64,000 bases of DNA from Nitrospiria bacterium (GTDB taxonomy: Bacteria > Nitrospirota > UBA9217): positions 580 to 64,579 of the forward strand of contig CAKKRC010000018.1 in assembly GCA_919902495.1 (NCBI GenBank). The letters run 5' to 3'. The notes under the pieces were generated by a model that made no database searches, was not told the DNA's origin, and saw only the letters and a program-made list of their open reading frames with translations. This document shows, piece by piece, positions 40,682-50,054 of the stretch (positions are counted from its first letter, which is position 1; every line of letters starts with the position of its first letter). Both the position numbers and the translations under genes were made by a program.

Positions 40682-41080
40682 ATGATCAGGCACGCCGTCA
40701 GGATAGCGCCCAGCTCGATCGAAGGGCGCGGGGTGTTCGCTCAAGCTCCGATCCCGGGCCGGCGAAAGATAGGCGAAGTTACCGGCGAGATCATATCCAT
40801 CAGAACTGCGCGGAAGCGCGCGAAAGGCAAGTGCAGGATCTGCCTCATTGACCTGAGCCACACGCACGCGCTCGACTGCACCGGGGGAAATGCCCTGCGG
40901 CTCCTGAACCACTCCTGCCGGTCGAACGCCTTTCTGCGAATAGTTCGAGACCGGGTAGAGGTGTACGCGAAGCGTGCCATAAGGAAGGGTGAAGAGATAA
41001 CGGTTGACTACGTCGAGTCAGCGCACAGCGGCGGCATGAAATGCGGATGTGGACAGAATGGATGCAGAGACACGATCTGA
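40682..41080 (+). CDS. SET-domain protein-lysine methyltransferase
   Basis: SSIEGRGVFA, LNHSC..N, GEEITVDY, post-SET CGCGQNGC. Confidence 0.88.
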   Translation: MIRHAVRIAPSSIEGRGVFAQAPIPGRRKIGEVTGEIISIRTARKRAKGKCRICLIDLSHTHALDCTGGNALRLLNHSCRSNAFLRIVRDRVEVYAKRAIRKGEEITVDYVESAHSGGMKCGCGQNGCRDTI

Positions 41081-41136
41081 ACCGATACTATAAATAGAGA
41101 TCAGCAGGTCGCGCAGTTCTTTCAGAAGTAAAACAC

Positions 41137-41290
41137 GATGAACTCGTAAGGACTCATTTTTCACACGGAGGCACAACCAAAAGTAGGCGCTTCTAAGCGA
41201 GGGCACGCAGAAAGACAAATTGAAAAGATTTAGTTCTTTCTTGGTGGCCTCCGTGATGTTTGTAGGAGAATGACTTATTACGAAAGTATC
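41137..41290. repeat. MITE-like nested palindromic element
   Basis: Imperfect terminal inverted repeats gatgaactcgtaaggactcatt / aatgacttattacgaaagtatc enclose cacggaggc...gcctccgtg arms. Confidence 0.55.
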
Positions 41291-41312
41291 AAACTTGCGT
41301 CATTAATAAATG

Positions 41313-41344
41313 AAAGCCGCATTCCAAAGGGAGTGCGGCTTTTT
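41313..41344. terminator. Bidirectional terminator
   Basis: aaagccgcattcc-aaag-ggagtgcggctttt. Confidence 0.75.
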
Positions 41345-41379
41345 GATTTATTATGAGGGCTACGATCAGCGATCGGTGC

Positions 41380-43320
41380 TTACTTCGCCTTCATTTTTGT
41401 GTAGTTCAGCATCCCTCCCGCCAGTAGGATCTCCCGCTGCCTGCCGCTCAGCGAGTACTTCAGGACAATCTGTTTTCTTGCAGTTATGTCCATAAGCGAA
41501 AGGTCGGTGCCACTCGTCAGGGCTGCAACGATCCCGGCGATCTCAAGCTCGTTTCCTGCTTCGACGATGTCGTAGTCCGCATCACGAGAGAACGTGAGGG
41601 GAAGGATGCCGAAGTTGATGAGGTTCGCGGCGTGGATACGCTCGAATGATTTGGCGATCACGGCCTTGACGCCCAGGAACATGGGGCAGATGGCCGCGTG
41701 TTCCCTGCTTGAGCCCTGGCCGTAGCTCGTTCCTGCCACGACGATATTGTGAACTCCAGCCAATTTGTTCTCCAACGACTTTTTTGAGAACAGGGGATCG
41801 GTTCCTTCGAACACGAACTCGGCGTATTTCGGGATGTTTGACCGGTATTTCAGCCGGGACCCCGCCGGCATGATGTGGTCGGTCGTTATCTTGTCGCCGA
41901 CCTTGATAGTGATCCTTCCTTTGATCATATCGGGCAGCGGCTCGCCCTTGGGCGGGTCGCCGATGTTCGGTCCGCGGGTGATGACGACGGAGTCGGGCCG
42001 GTCCGACGGAGGCAGCACCATGCTGTCGTCGATCCAGAACCAGTCAGGCATCCCGATCACGGGATAGTTCGAGCCCAGGTCGCGCGGGTCGGTGATAACA
42101 CCGGTCAAGGCCGCAGCGGTCGCGCTTTCCGGGCTTGCGAGGAAGACCTTCGCGCTCTTGGTGCTGGAGCGGCCTTCGAAGTTCCGGTTGTTCGTGCGGA
42201 TGGAGACCGCGTCGGTCCTGGGCGCCTGGCCCGCGCCGATGCAGAACCCGCAGGTGGATTCCAGTATCCGGCCGCCGGCCGCGATAATCTCGGCAAGGGC
42301 GCCGTTCGACGCGATCATCGCCAGCACTTGGCGCGAACCGGGTGCCACGCCGAAGCTCACGTCGGGATGCACCCGCTTTCCCTTCAGCATGGCGGCGACG
42401 ATCATGAGGTCGCGATAGGACGAATTGGTGCAGGAACCGACCATCACCTGGTCAACCTTCGTTCCCGCCAGCTCCCTCACCGTTGCGATGTTGTCCGGCG
42501 AGTGGGGCTTCGCCATGCGCGGAACAAGCCCTGCCAGATCGATGTCGATGGTCCGGTCGTAGGTCGCGTCGGGATCGGCTGCAAACGCCGTCCAGTGGTC
42601 CTCGCGCCCCTGAGCCTTGAGAAAGGCGCGGGTATTGTCGTCGCTCGGGAAGAGCGAGGTGGTGACGCCTAGCTCGGCGCCCATGTTCGTGATGGTCGCG
42701 CGCTCGGGCACGGAAAGCGTGCCGACGCCGTCGCCGCCATATTCAATGACCATTCCCACGTTTCCCTTCGTCGTAAGGACCTCAAGGATCGCGAGAATAA
42801 CATCCTTTGCCGAAACCCAGGGCGGAAGTTTTCCCGTGAGGTTGATCTTGACGACCTTTGGACAGGTGAGATAGAATGGCCCGCCGCCCATGGCAACGGC
42901 TACATCGAGCCCGCCCGCGCCGATGGCAAGCATGCCCACACCACCGCCTGTTGGCGTATGGGAGTCGGAGCCCAGAAGGGTCCTGCCCGGCCTGCCGAAA
43001 CGCTCAAGATGGACCTGGTGGCAAATGCCGTTCCCCGCTTTGGAATAATGAATGCCGTGCTTTGCCGCCACGGTCTGCAGGTACCGGTGGTCATCGGCGT
43101 TCTCGTAGCCGTCCTGCAGGGTGTTGTGGTCGACGTAGCTCACCGAAAGTTCCGTCTTTACCCGCGGCACGCCCATGGCTTCAAACTGGAGATATGCCAT
43201 GGTACCGGTGGCGTCCTGGGTCAGGGTCTGGTCGATCCTGATGGCGATCTCCGTGCCGGGTTCGAGCTTGCCCTCGACGAGGTGTGCATCAAGGATCTTG
43301 GTGATGATGTTCTTGCCCAT
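41380..43320 (-). CDS. Aconitate hydratase
   Basis: TQDATGTM, GNGICHQVH, GSDSHT, GSCTNSS, CGFCIG, NRNFEGR, TTDHIMP, YGQGSSREHA. Confidence 0.95.
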   Translation of the reverse strand: MGKNIITKILDAHLVEGKLEPGTEIAIRIDQTLTQDATGTMAYLQFEAMGVPRVKTELSVSYVDHNTLQDGYENADDHRYLQTVAAKHGIHYSKAGNGICHQVHLERFGRPGRTLLGSDSHTPTGGGVGMLAIGAGGLDVAVAMGGGPFYLTCPKVVKINLTGKLPPWVSAKDVILAILEVLTTKGNVGMVIEYGGDGVGTLSVPERATITNMGAELGVTTSLFPSDDNTRAFLKAQGREDHWTAFAADPDATYDRTIDIDLAGLVPRMAKPHSPDNIATVRELAGTKVDQVMVGSCTNSSYRDLMIVAAMLKGKRVHPDVSFGVAPGSRQVLAMIASNGALAEIIAAGGRILESTCGFCIGAGQAPRTDAVSIRTNNRNFEGRSSTKSAKVFLASPESATAAALTGVITDPRDLGSNYPVIGMPDWFWIDDSMVLPPSDRPDSVVITRGPNIGDPPKGEPLPDMIKGRITIKVGDKITTDHIMPAGSRLKYRSNIPKYAEFVFEGTDPLFSKKSLENKLAGVHNIVVAGTSYGQGSSREHAAICPMFLGVKAVIAKSFERIHAANLINFGILPLTFSRDADYDIVEAGNELEIAGIVAALTSGTDLSLMDITARKQIVLKYSLSGRQREILLAGGMLNYTKMKAK

Positions 43321-43485
43321 TCAATACGCTCCTCTTAGAAATATAGAAATAAGTGAACAGCATTATATTTCATACCGGAAGATAAAGGCAACAGGAAATA
43401 GCGGTGCTCCGGTTGAAAAGCCGGATGTTCTATGCTATGCTTTAACCATTCGCGCAGATATCATCGCATAACTGAGGAGGATACA

Positions 43486-43911
43486 ATGGTACAGAAGGCA
43501 AGTCCGAAACTTACGGAAATGATGAACCAGGCGATCGCCGGGGAGCTCCAGGCAATCGTGCAGTACATGTGGCACCACATCATGGTGAAGGGTCTCAACT
43601 CCGCGTCCCTCATGGACGTGTTCGAGGATATCGCCATTGAGGAGATGAAGCACGCCGAGAAGATCGCCGAGCGGCTCTTCTACTTCGACGTCGCTCCCAC
43701 CACCAAGCCGAATCCCATCGCCAAGGGCGGCACGCCGGAGCAGATGCTCAAGGCCGATGTGCAGGCCGAGGAAGAGGCGATCACCCTCTACAAGGACATC
43801 ATCAAGCAGGCTATCGCCGAGAAGGACGAAACCACGCGGCTCCTGTTCGAGCAGATCCTCTCCGACGAAGAGCGCCACCACGATACGTTTACCACGCTGC
43901 TGGGACAGTAG
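43486..43911 (+). CDS. Ferritin-like / bacterioferritin-family protein
   Basis: GELQAIVQY, EEMKHAE, EEEAITLY, DEERH di-iron ligands; GAGGAGG SD. Confidence 0.88.
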   Translation: MVQKASPKLTEMMNQAIAGELQAIVQYMWHHIMVKGLNSASLMDVFEDIAIEEMKHAEKIAERLFYFDVAPTTKPNPIAKGGTPEQMLKADVQAEEEAITLYKDIIKQAIAEKDETTRLLFEQILSDEERHHDTFTTLLGQ

Positions 43912-43989
43912 TTTTACCGCTGACACGATCTTCCGCTTGTGCATAGTGTCCCCATCAATGCGCAGGCCGCGATCAGCAACTTACAATAT

Positions 43990-44016
43990 AAAGGCAGGCG
44001 CATGCGCCTGCCTTTT
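43990..44016. terminator. Bidirectional terminator (perfect palindrome)
   Basis: aaaggcaggcgcatgcgcctgcctttt between convergent genes. Confidence 0.7.
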
Positions 44017-44061
44017 GCTTTACCGTGTCTCCCTGTCCCCGCGTCCCCGTGTCTGATATTC

Positions 44062-44523
44062 CTACGGCATCTTGAACTCCCTTCCCGCCATCCGCACGGT
44101 GAGCACCGGGCAGGGCGACTTGCGAACGACCTTTTCCGCCGTGCTCCCGAAGAGCATGTGGTCGATGCCCGTCCTGCCATGGGTCCCGATGACGATCATG
44201 TCAGCGTTCTTTTCCTTTGCCGTCCTGATGATCTCCACAAAGGGCACGCCCCGGACGACATCCTTCTCCACATCCTTTACCTTGAAGGCCACCTCTGCGC
44301 CCCATTTTTCCATCTCCCGTGAAGCGCTTTTCTGCATGTCTTCCACGAGGTCCGCGGCCGATATGGATGACGGAATGTACCATTCGGCGATGCTGATGTC
44401 CTGGATCACATACAATAGGATAAGCTTTGCCTTGTAATCCCGGGCCAGGGCGATTGCATACTCCATGGCCGCCCGGGCACCCTGAGAAAAATCCGTCGGG
44501 AAAAGGATCGTCTTGATCTGCAT
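44062..44523 (-). CDS. Universal stress protein (UspA family)
   Basis: ILFPTDFS, IVIGTHGRTG..HMLFGSTAEKVVRKSPCPVL. Confidence 0.94.
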   Translation of the reverse strand: MQIKTILFPTDFSQGARAAMEYAIALARDYKAKLILLYVIQDISIAEWYIPSSISAADLVEDMQKSASREMEKWGAEVAFKVKDVEKDVVRGVPFVEIIRTAKEKNADMIVIGTHGRTGIDHMLFGSTAEKVVRKSPCPVLTVRMAGREFKMP

Positions 44524-44760
44524 CGCTGCCTCCTTGGCCTTGTGTCCCTGGCAATTTAATTGTAGCGCTCCTCTCCCGGTCTGTCAAACAATAATAGTCT
44601 TATAAACCAATAGGTTTTGCTTTAAGAGCAGCGATTTGTCATTTTATGTAAAAACTGATAGACTAACAAATAATATACTTCTCTAGGTTGCCTATACTAT
44701 AGAAGGGACACCGTCACCACGGTGCCCGAAAAGAGGAGAATGCGTGAAGGAGAGGTCGTT

Positions 44761-45123
44761 ATGATAAAACGTATGGTTCTGCTTATGGCATTGCTGGCTG
44801 CGATGAGCGCGGGAGACGCAGGCGCCGTGGAAAAATACGGCGTACCTGTTTACCCCGGCGCAGAATACGACGAAGGCACGACCCGCTATCTTGATGATGT
44901 GCAGTATATCGAGGGTGCTGCCTATCGGACAACCGACGACCCTTCCGCGGTCGCCGAGTTCTATGTGAAGCTGGGCTTGACCCCCGTCAAAGGAAAGGCC
45001 AAGGCAACTGCCACCTTCAAGAAAGATGATGTCGAGGTAGCCATTCAGGGCCCGCCGCGGAAGGAAATTGCCAGCGGGAAGAAAGTGGAGGATACGCTCA
45101 TCACCATTACGAAGGAAAATTAG
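44761..45123 (+). CDS. Secreted hypothetical protein
   Basis: GGAGAGG SD, signal peptide, YGVPVYPGA. Confidence 0.7.
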   Translation: MIKRMVLLMALLAAMSAGDAGAVEKYGVPVYPGAEYDEGTTRYLDDVQYIEGAAYRTTDDPSAVAEFYVKLGLTPVKGKAKATATFKKDDVEVAIQGPPRKEIASGKKVEDTLITITKEN

Positions 45124-45265
45124 CGGTACTCCGCTGCTCCCTTCCATAGCATATGTCTGCCTCGCGATGAGAACCGATGTTTTGTTTCCCTAGACCCGGA
45201 AACTGCCGAAAACTCCCAAAAAAATCGTTGACAATCGCTGCACAGACTGTTATAAAATACGCTCT

Positions 45266-46189
45266 ATGCTTCAGGCCACTGAAAAAATCTGGTTGAGCGG
45301 GAAGTTCGTTCCCTGGAACGACGCCAAGGTCCATGTGCTGACACATACACTGCACTACGGCACAGGCGTGTTCGAGGGCATCCGCTGCTACAAGACGGAT
45401 ACGGGCTCCGCTGTGTTCCGACTGAGGGAGCATGTGGACCGGCTCTTCTCGTCGATGCACATCTGCCAGCTGGAGAGTCCCTTCACCCGCGAGCAGGTGT
45501 ACGAGGCGATCCTCGAGACCATCCGGGTGAACAAGATCGACGCCTGCTACATCAGGCCGATCGCCTATATCGGCTACGGCGCCATGGGGATATTCCCCAA
45601 GGAGAACCCCATCGACATTGCCATTGCGGTCTGGCCCTGGGGCAGCTACCTCGGCGAAGAAGGGCTGAAGAACGGCATCCGTGTGAAGATCTCGTCATTC
45701 TGCCGGCCTCATATCAACGCGACCATGGTACGCTCCAAGACCACGGCCAACTACGCGAATTCCCTCCTTGCCAAGCGCGAGGCGCTCAAGGACGGGTATG
45801 ACGAGGCCATGCTGCTTGACACCGACGGTTACGTCGCCGAGGGAAGCGGGGAGAACGTATTCATGGTGCGGAACGGCAAGATCAAGACACCGCCGCTCAC
45901 CGCGATCCTGGACGGGATCACGCGGGACACAATCATCCAGCTGGCGCAGGAGCACGGCATCCCTCTCGTGGAGGAACGGTTCACCCGGGACGAGCTCTAT
46001 ATCGCCGATGAGGCCTTCTTTACCGGCACGGCTGCCGAGATCACGCCGATCCGCGAAGTGGACAACCGGAAGATCGGGACCGGCAAGCCGGGGCCCGTCA
46101 CCCAGAAGCTGCAGGCGGCGTTCTTCGATATCGTCCACGGCAGGGACAAAAAGCACACGGCATGGCTGGCGCCGGTGAAAAAACAATAG
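45266..46189 (+). CDS. ilvE: Branched-chain amino acid aminotransferase
   Basis: LHYGTGVFEGIR, YIRP, EGSGENVF, LDGITR, ADEAFFTGTAAEITP. Confidence 0.96.
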   Translation: MLQATEKIWLSGKFVPWNDAKVHVLTHTLHYGTGVFEGIRCYKTDTGSAVFRLREHVDRLFSSMHICQLESPFTREQVYEAILETIRVNKIDACYIRPIAYIGYGAMGIFPKENPIDIAIAVWPWGSYLGEEGLKNGIRVKISSFCRPHINATMVRSKTTANYANSLLAKREALKDGYDEAMLLDTDGYVAEGSGENVFMVRNGKIKTPPLTAILDGITRDTIIQLAQEHGIPLVEERFTRDELYIADEAFFTGTAAEITPIREVDNRKIGTGKPGPVTQKLQAAFFDIVHGRDKKHTAWLAPVKKQ

Positions 46190-46244
46190 CAAGCCCCGTA
46201 CATGGCCGCGATCTTCGTACCGGTCGCGGCGATCTTCAGCAAGT

Positions 46245-46329
46245 GCCGAAGTGGTGGAATTGGTAGACACGCACGTTTGAGGGGCGTGTGGGGCAACCCA
46301 TGGGGGTTCGAGTCCCCCCTTCGGCACCA
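46245..46329 (+). tRNA. tRNA-Leu (anticodon GAG)
   Basis: GCCGAAG/CTTCGGC acceptor stem, CACGT-ttGAGgg-GCGTG anticodon arm, long variable arm, GGTTCGAGTCC, CCA. Confidence 0.96.
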
Positions 46330-46471
46330 TTTTTTATCATACCGGAAAGCAGAACGAGAGGGGTGCTTCCCGCCCCGGCCTTCCACCGCGTCAGGCGAAC
46401 TCTGCCTGACTTCTTTTTTTTCGGCGACTCCGCGTCCTGCTCTCCCGGGAACGTTGCTCCTTCGGAACCCT

Positions 46472-48079
46472 ATGCTGATACGAACGTTCATGCTCCTTCT
46501 TGCCGTTGTCCTGCTGCCGGTCGCGGCAGCCGCCCAGGAACCGCAGGCCAACGGCGGCAGCCTCGGCATCATCTCCGTCCCCCTTGCCAACGTCCGCGAA
46601 GAGCCTCTGCCCAAGTCTCCGATCGTCACCCAGGTCCTGCTTGCCGACGAGGTGCGGATACTGGAGAAACAGGAGTACCGGTACCGCATCGCCATCCCGG
46701 GCCAGGGGAACCGCGAGGGTTGGATCCAGCAGGAGGCGGTGCAGGTACCCCGCGACAAGGGGCGGTCATATCTCAAGACCGACCGGCAATGGATCGTTAT
46801 CACGGTCCCGAAGACCCCGGCCCTGATCCTCGACAAGCTCGGCAATCACAACGTTTCGCTCTATGCGGGCACGCGGCTTCCGATGCTCGAACGGGACGCA
46901 GACAGATACAAAGTGCAGTTTCCCGACCGGACCGCAGCCGTCATTGCCTCGGCAGACGCCATGCCGGTCAAACCCCGCAATCCCGTACTGGGCGGCGTGG
47001 CGCCCGCGGAGATCGCGAAGACGGCCCGCAAGTTCCAGGGCGCCCGCTACTTCAGCGGAGGGATCACGGCCCAGGGCATGGACACCCGCGGTCTCATCTA
47101 CACGGTCTACCGGATCCATGGTATCGACCTCGACACGGAGCGGGATGTCCTGAAGGCAAAGGCGGTGAAGGTCCCGAAGAAGGACCTGGCGCCCGGCGAC
47201 ATCCTCGTGTTCAACGGTGAAGGGCTCGGGCTCTACGTGAGCAACGGCCAGTTCCTGCACGCCGTCAGAAAGACCACCGTCCAGCTCGGCGGCATCCATG
47301 ACCGCCGGTTCGCCAACGCCTTTCTGTATGGGCTCCGCGTCGCGGGCCCGGAGCCCGACCAGAAGAAGCTCCCGGTGGAGATGAACGCGGACGAGATCAT
47401 GATCGCCCAGGGCCAGGCAGCGGAGCTGCCGCTGGGCAGGCGGATCGTGTATTGGGCCGGAAGGTTCATCGGAACGCCGTATGACACCGATCCCCTGGGA
47501 CAATACGTTCGCACGAACCGTATCGTTGCCGATGAGACAGCCGACTGCATGTATCTCACGTTCCGCGCCGCAGAGCTCGCGTTGTCCGCGACGCCGGGCC
47601 AGGCGATCGAGCAGGCGCTTTCCCTCCGTTTCACGACCCGGGGCAGGCTTGCCGACGGGCTGGTGCAGAACTACGGCGAACGCTTCGAATACGGCGAGGA
47701 CATGGTGTATAGCGGCAAGTGGGGCAGGGACATCACCGGCGACATGGGCGCAACAAAGACCATCTCGGGCTCACGGGGCCGCGATGAGGTTGTCATCCTT
47801 CCCAAGCAGGCGCTTCTGTCCAAGAAGCTCCAGAAGCAGCTTCAGGACGGTGACATCATCTACTGGGTCAAGGACCCGAAGAAACGCGTGGTGGAGGAGA
47901 TCGTTGCCCACCTGTCCTTTGTCCATATAAAAAATGGTAAGGCATACCTCATTCATGCCTCGGGCACCAAGGATAGCGTCACAAAGACCGGCGGCGGCAT
48001 GGTGAAGGAGGTCCCTTTCGCCGACTACGTACGCGATACGAAGTTCATCGGCGCGTTCGTGACCCGGTTCGAGCAGTAG
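46472..48079 (+). CDS. Secreted cell-wall protein: SH3-like domains, degenerate NlpC/P60, DUF1460-like amidase domain
   Basis: Signal peptide from 46472; NVREEP..TQVL; [22 protein letters not shown]; second domain FIGTPY..ADCMYL..QDGDII..VAHL..IHAS. Confidence 0.75.
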   Translation: MLIRTFMLLLAVVLLPVAAAAQEPQANGGSLGIISVPLANVREEPLPKSPIVTQVLLADEVRILEKQEYRYRIAIPGQGNREGWIQQEAVQVPRDKGRSYLKTDRQWIVITVPKTPALILDKLGNHNVSLYAGTRLPMLERDADRYKVQFPDRTAAVIASADAMPVKPRNPVLGGVAPAEIAKTARKFQGARYFSGGITAQGMDTRGLIYTVYRIHGIDLDTERDVLKAKAVKVPKKDLAPGDILVFNGEGLGLYVSNGQFLHAVRKTTVQLGGIHDRRFANAFLYGLRVAGPEPDQKKLPVEMNADEIMIAQGQAAELPLGRRIVYWAGRFIGTPYDTDPLGQYVRTNRIVADETADCMYLTFRAAELALSATPGQAIEQALSLRFTTRGRLADGLVQNYGERFEYGEDMVYSGKWGRDITGDMGATKTISGSRGRDEVVILPKQALLSKKLQKQLQDGDIIYWVKDPKKRVVEEIVAHLSFVHIKNGKAYLIHASGTKDSVTKTGGGMVKEVPFADYVRDTKFIGAFVTRFEQ

Positions 48080-48251
48080 CAACTTTCTGACAAATATTTT
48101 TTGACAACCCCTCCCGCCTTTGCTATCCTCTTCTTGAGTACCGGTCAACACCGAAGGAGCCGAGCGTCAGGAGACGTTCTTCTTATCCTGATCCTTTCCT
48201 TACCCACTCCACACTCCGAAATCCGCACTCCGCACTAAAGAAGGAGTCCCC

Positions 48252-49784
48252 ATGCTTGCCAAGGTCATGAGCGCTGCCGTCCTGGGCATCGACGCCTATC
48301 CTGTCGAGGTGGAGGTCGACATCGCGAGCCGCGGCCTTCCGTTCTTCTCCACCGTGGGCCTGCCCGACGCGGCGGTGAAGGAGAGCAAGGAACGCGTCCG
48401 CGCTGCGCTCAAGAACACGGGGTTCGACTTTCCCCTGAAGCAGGTGGTCGTGAACCTCGCGCCCGCGGACATCAAGAAGGAAGGGTCGGCCTTCGACCTG
48501 CCCATTGCCGTCGGCATGCTGATCGCCGAGGGTGTCCTCACGCAGGAGATGGTGGCGGGCTACCTCATCGTGGGCGAGCTTGCGCTCGACGGCAGGGTGA
48601 AGCCGGTGCGGGGCGCTCTCTCCATGGCGGTGTTTGCAAAGAAGGCGGGCTGCCGCGGCATGATCATCCCTGGCGATAACGCGCCGGAGGCGGCGGTCGT
48701 TGAGCCGGTCCCTGTCTTCGGCGTCCGCACTTTGCCGCAGGTCGTGGAGTTCCTGACCGGCGCGGCGACCATGGAACCCGAACGCGTGAACGTCCGGAGC
48801 ACGTTCGAGACATACTCAGTATATCAGGAGGACTTCGCCGAGGTCCGCGGCCAGGAGCACGCCAAGCGCGCCATCGAGATCGCAGCTGCCGGCGGTCATA
48901 ATATCATTATGATCGGCCCTCCCGGCTCCGGCAAGACCATGCTTGCCCGGCGCCTGCCGTCCATCCTGCCGCAGATGAGCTTCGACGAATCCATCGAGAC
49001 CACCAAGATCCACAGCATCATGGGCCTTCTCCGGCAGGGCCAGCCGCTCATCGCGACGCGGCCCTACCGTTCGCCGCACCACACCATCTCCGACGCGGGG
49101 CTCATCGGCGGCGGCCAGGTCCCCAAGCCCGGCGAGGTGAGCCTGTCGCACAACGGCGTGCTGTTCCTGGACGAGCTTCCGGAGTTCAAGCGCAACGTGC
49201 TTGAAGCGCTCCGCCAGCCGCTCGAGGATGGCCACGTCACCATATCGCGCGCCATTACGTCGCTCACCTATCCGGCCTCGCTCATGCTCGTCGCCGCGAT
49301 GAATCCCTGCAAGTGCGGCTTCCATGGCGATCACCAGCACCCGTGCCAGTGCACACCCCACCAGGTACAGACCTACCGCTCCCGCGTGTCCGGCCCGCTC
49401 ATGGACCGCATCGATATCCACATCGAGGTCCCGGCCATCAAGTTCAAGGAGATCACCTCCGACGTTCCCGGAGAGCCGTCGGTCGCGATCCGCGACCGCG
49501 TTACCTTCGCCCGTTCGGTCCAGCAGGAGCGGTTCAAGACCGACGGCATTTACGCCAACGCCCACATGAAACCCCGCCACATCCGCAAGTATTGCAGGAT
49601 CGACGCCGGCTCCCAGCAGCTCATGGAGGCGGCCATGAACCGCCTCGGCCTGTCCGCCCGGGCCTACAACCGCGTCCTCAAGGTCGCCCGCACTATAGCT
49701 GATATCGAAGGCAGCGGCCCCATAGCGACGGAGCACATCTCCGAGGCCATACAATATCGGAGCCTGGACAGAAGGATAAGCTGA
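48252..49784 (+). CDS. comM: ComM / YifB Mg-chelatase-like AAA+ ATPase
   Basis: VGLPDAAVKES.ERV, NLAPAD..KEG, GPPGSGKT, HNGVLFLDE, AMNPCKCG, SGPLMDRID, LSARAY.R.LKVARTIAD. Confidence 0.96.
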   Translation: MLAKVMSAAVLGIDAYPVEVEVDIASRGLPFFSTVGLPDAAVKESKERVRAALKNTGFDFPLKQVVVNLAPADIKKEGSAFDLPIAVGMLIAEGVLTQEMVAGYLIVGELALDGRVKPVRGALSMAVFAKKAGCRGMIIPGDNAPEAAVVEPVPVFGVRTLPQVVEFLTGAATMEPERVNVRSTFETYSVYQEDFAEVRGQEHAKRAIEIAAAGGHNIIMIGPPGSGKTMLARRLPSILPQMSFDESIETTKIHSIMGLLRQGQPLIATRPYRSPHHTISDAGLIGGGQVPKPGEVSLSHNGVLFLDELPEFKRNVLEALRQPLEDGHVTISRAITSLTYPASLMLVAAMNPCKCGFHGDHQHPCQCTPHQVQTYRSRVSGPLMDRIDIHIEVPAIKFKEITSDVPGEPSVAIRDRVTFARSVQQERFKTDGIYANAHMKPRHIRKYCRIDAGSQQLMEAAMNRLGLSARAYNRVLKVARTIADIEGSGPIATEHISEAIQYRSLDRRIS

Positions 49785-49831
49785 GCATATCCACCTCGCG
49801 TTTCTTATGTAATTCTCCGCGAAAACCCTAC

Positions 49832-49918
49832 CTACCCGTTCGGGTAGTCGCATCCCCTTAAAATACCCCGACCAAGAACACATAAATAGTTGACACTCAC
49901 AATAAAGCTGTATATTAT
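49832..49918 (+). promoter_or_regulatory. Promoter of the RHS gene with an upstream 7-2-7 palindrome
   Basis: CTACCCG-tt-CGGGTAG at 49832-49847; TTGACA (49890)-17 bp-TATTAT (49913). Confidence 0.55.
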
Positions 49919-50054
49919 CGATTGCACATCACGTAACTACTCACCGCGAAAATTCTTTTCAGCATTAATCAATATCACAGGCATCATCTTAAGATCCATA
50001 TTGCCAGCTAATGACGGCGAATTGCAATCACGCATTGTTACCCGGGGGGGAGAC

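Noticed and set aside
46202-46471. N-terminal extension of the 625-aa ORF
   Set aside because: It runs through tRNA-Leu; the start with a signal peptide is at 46472.
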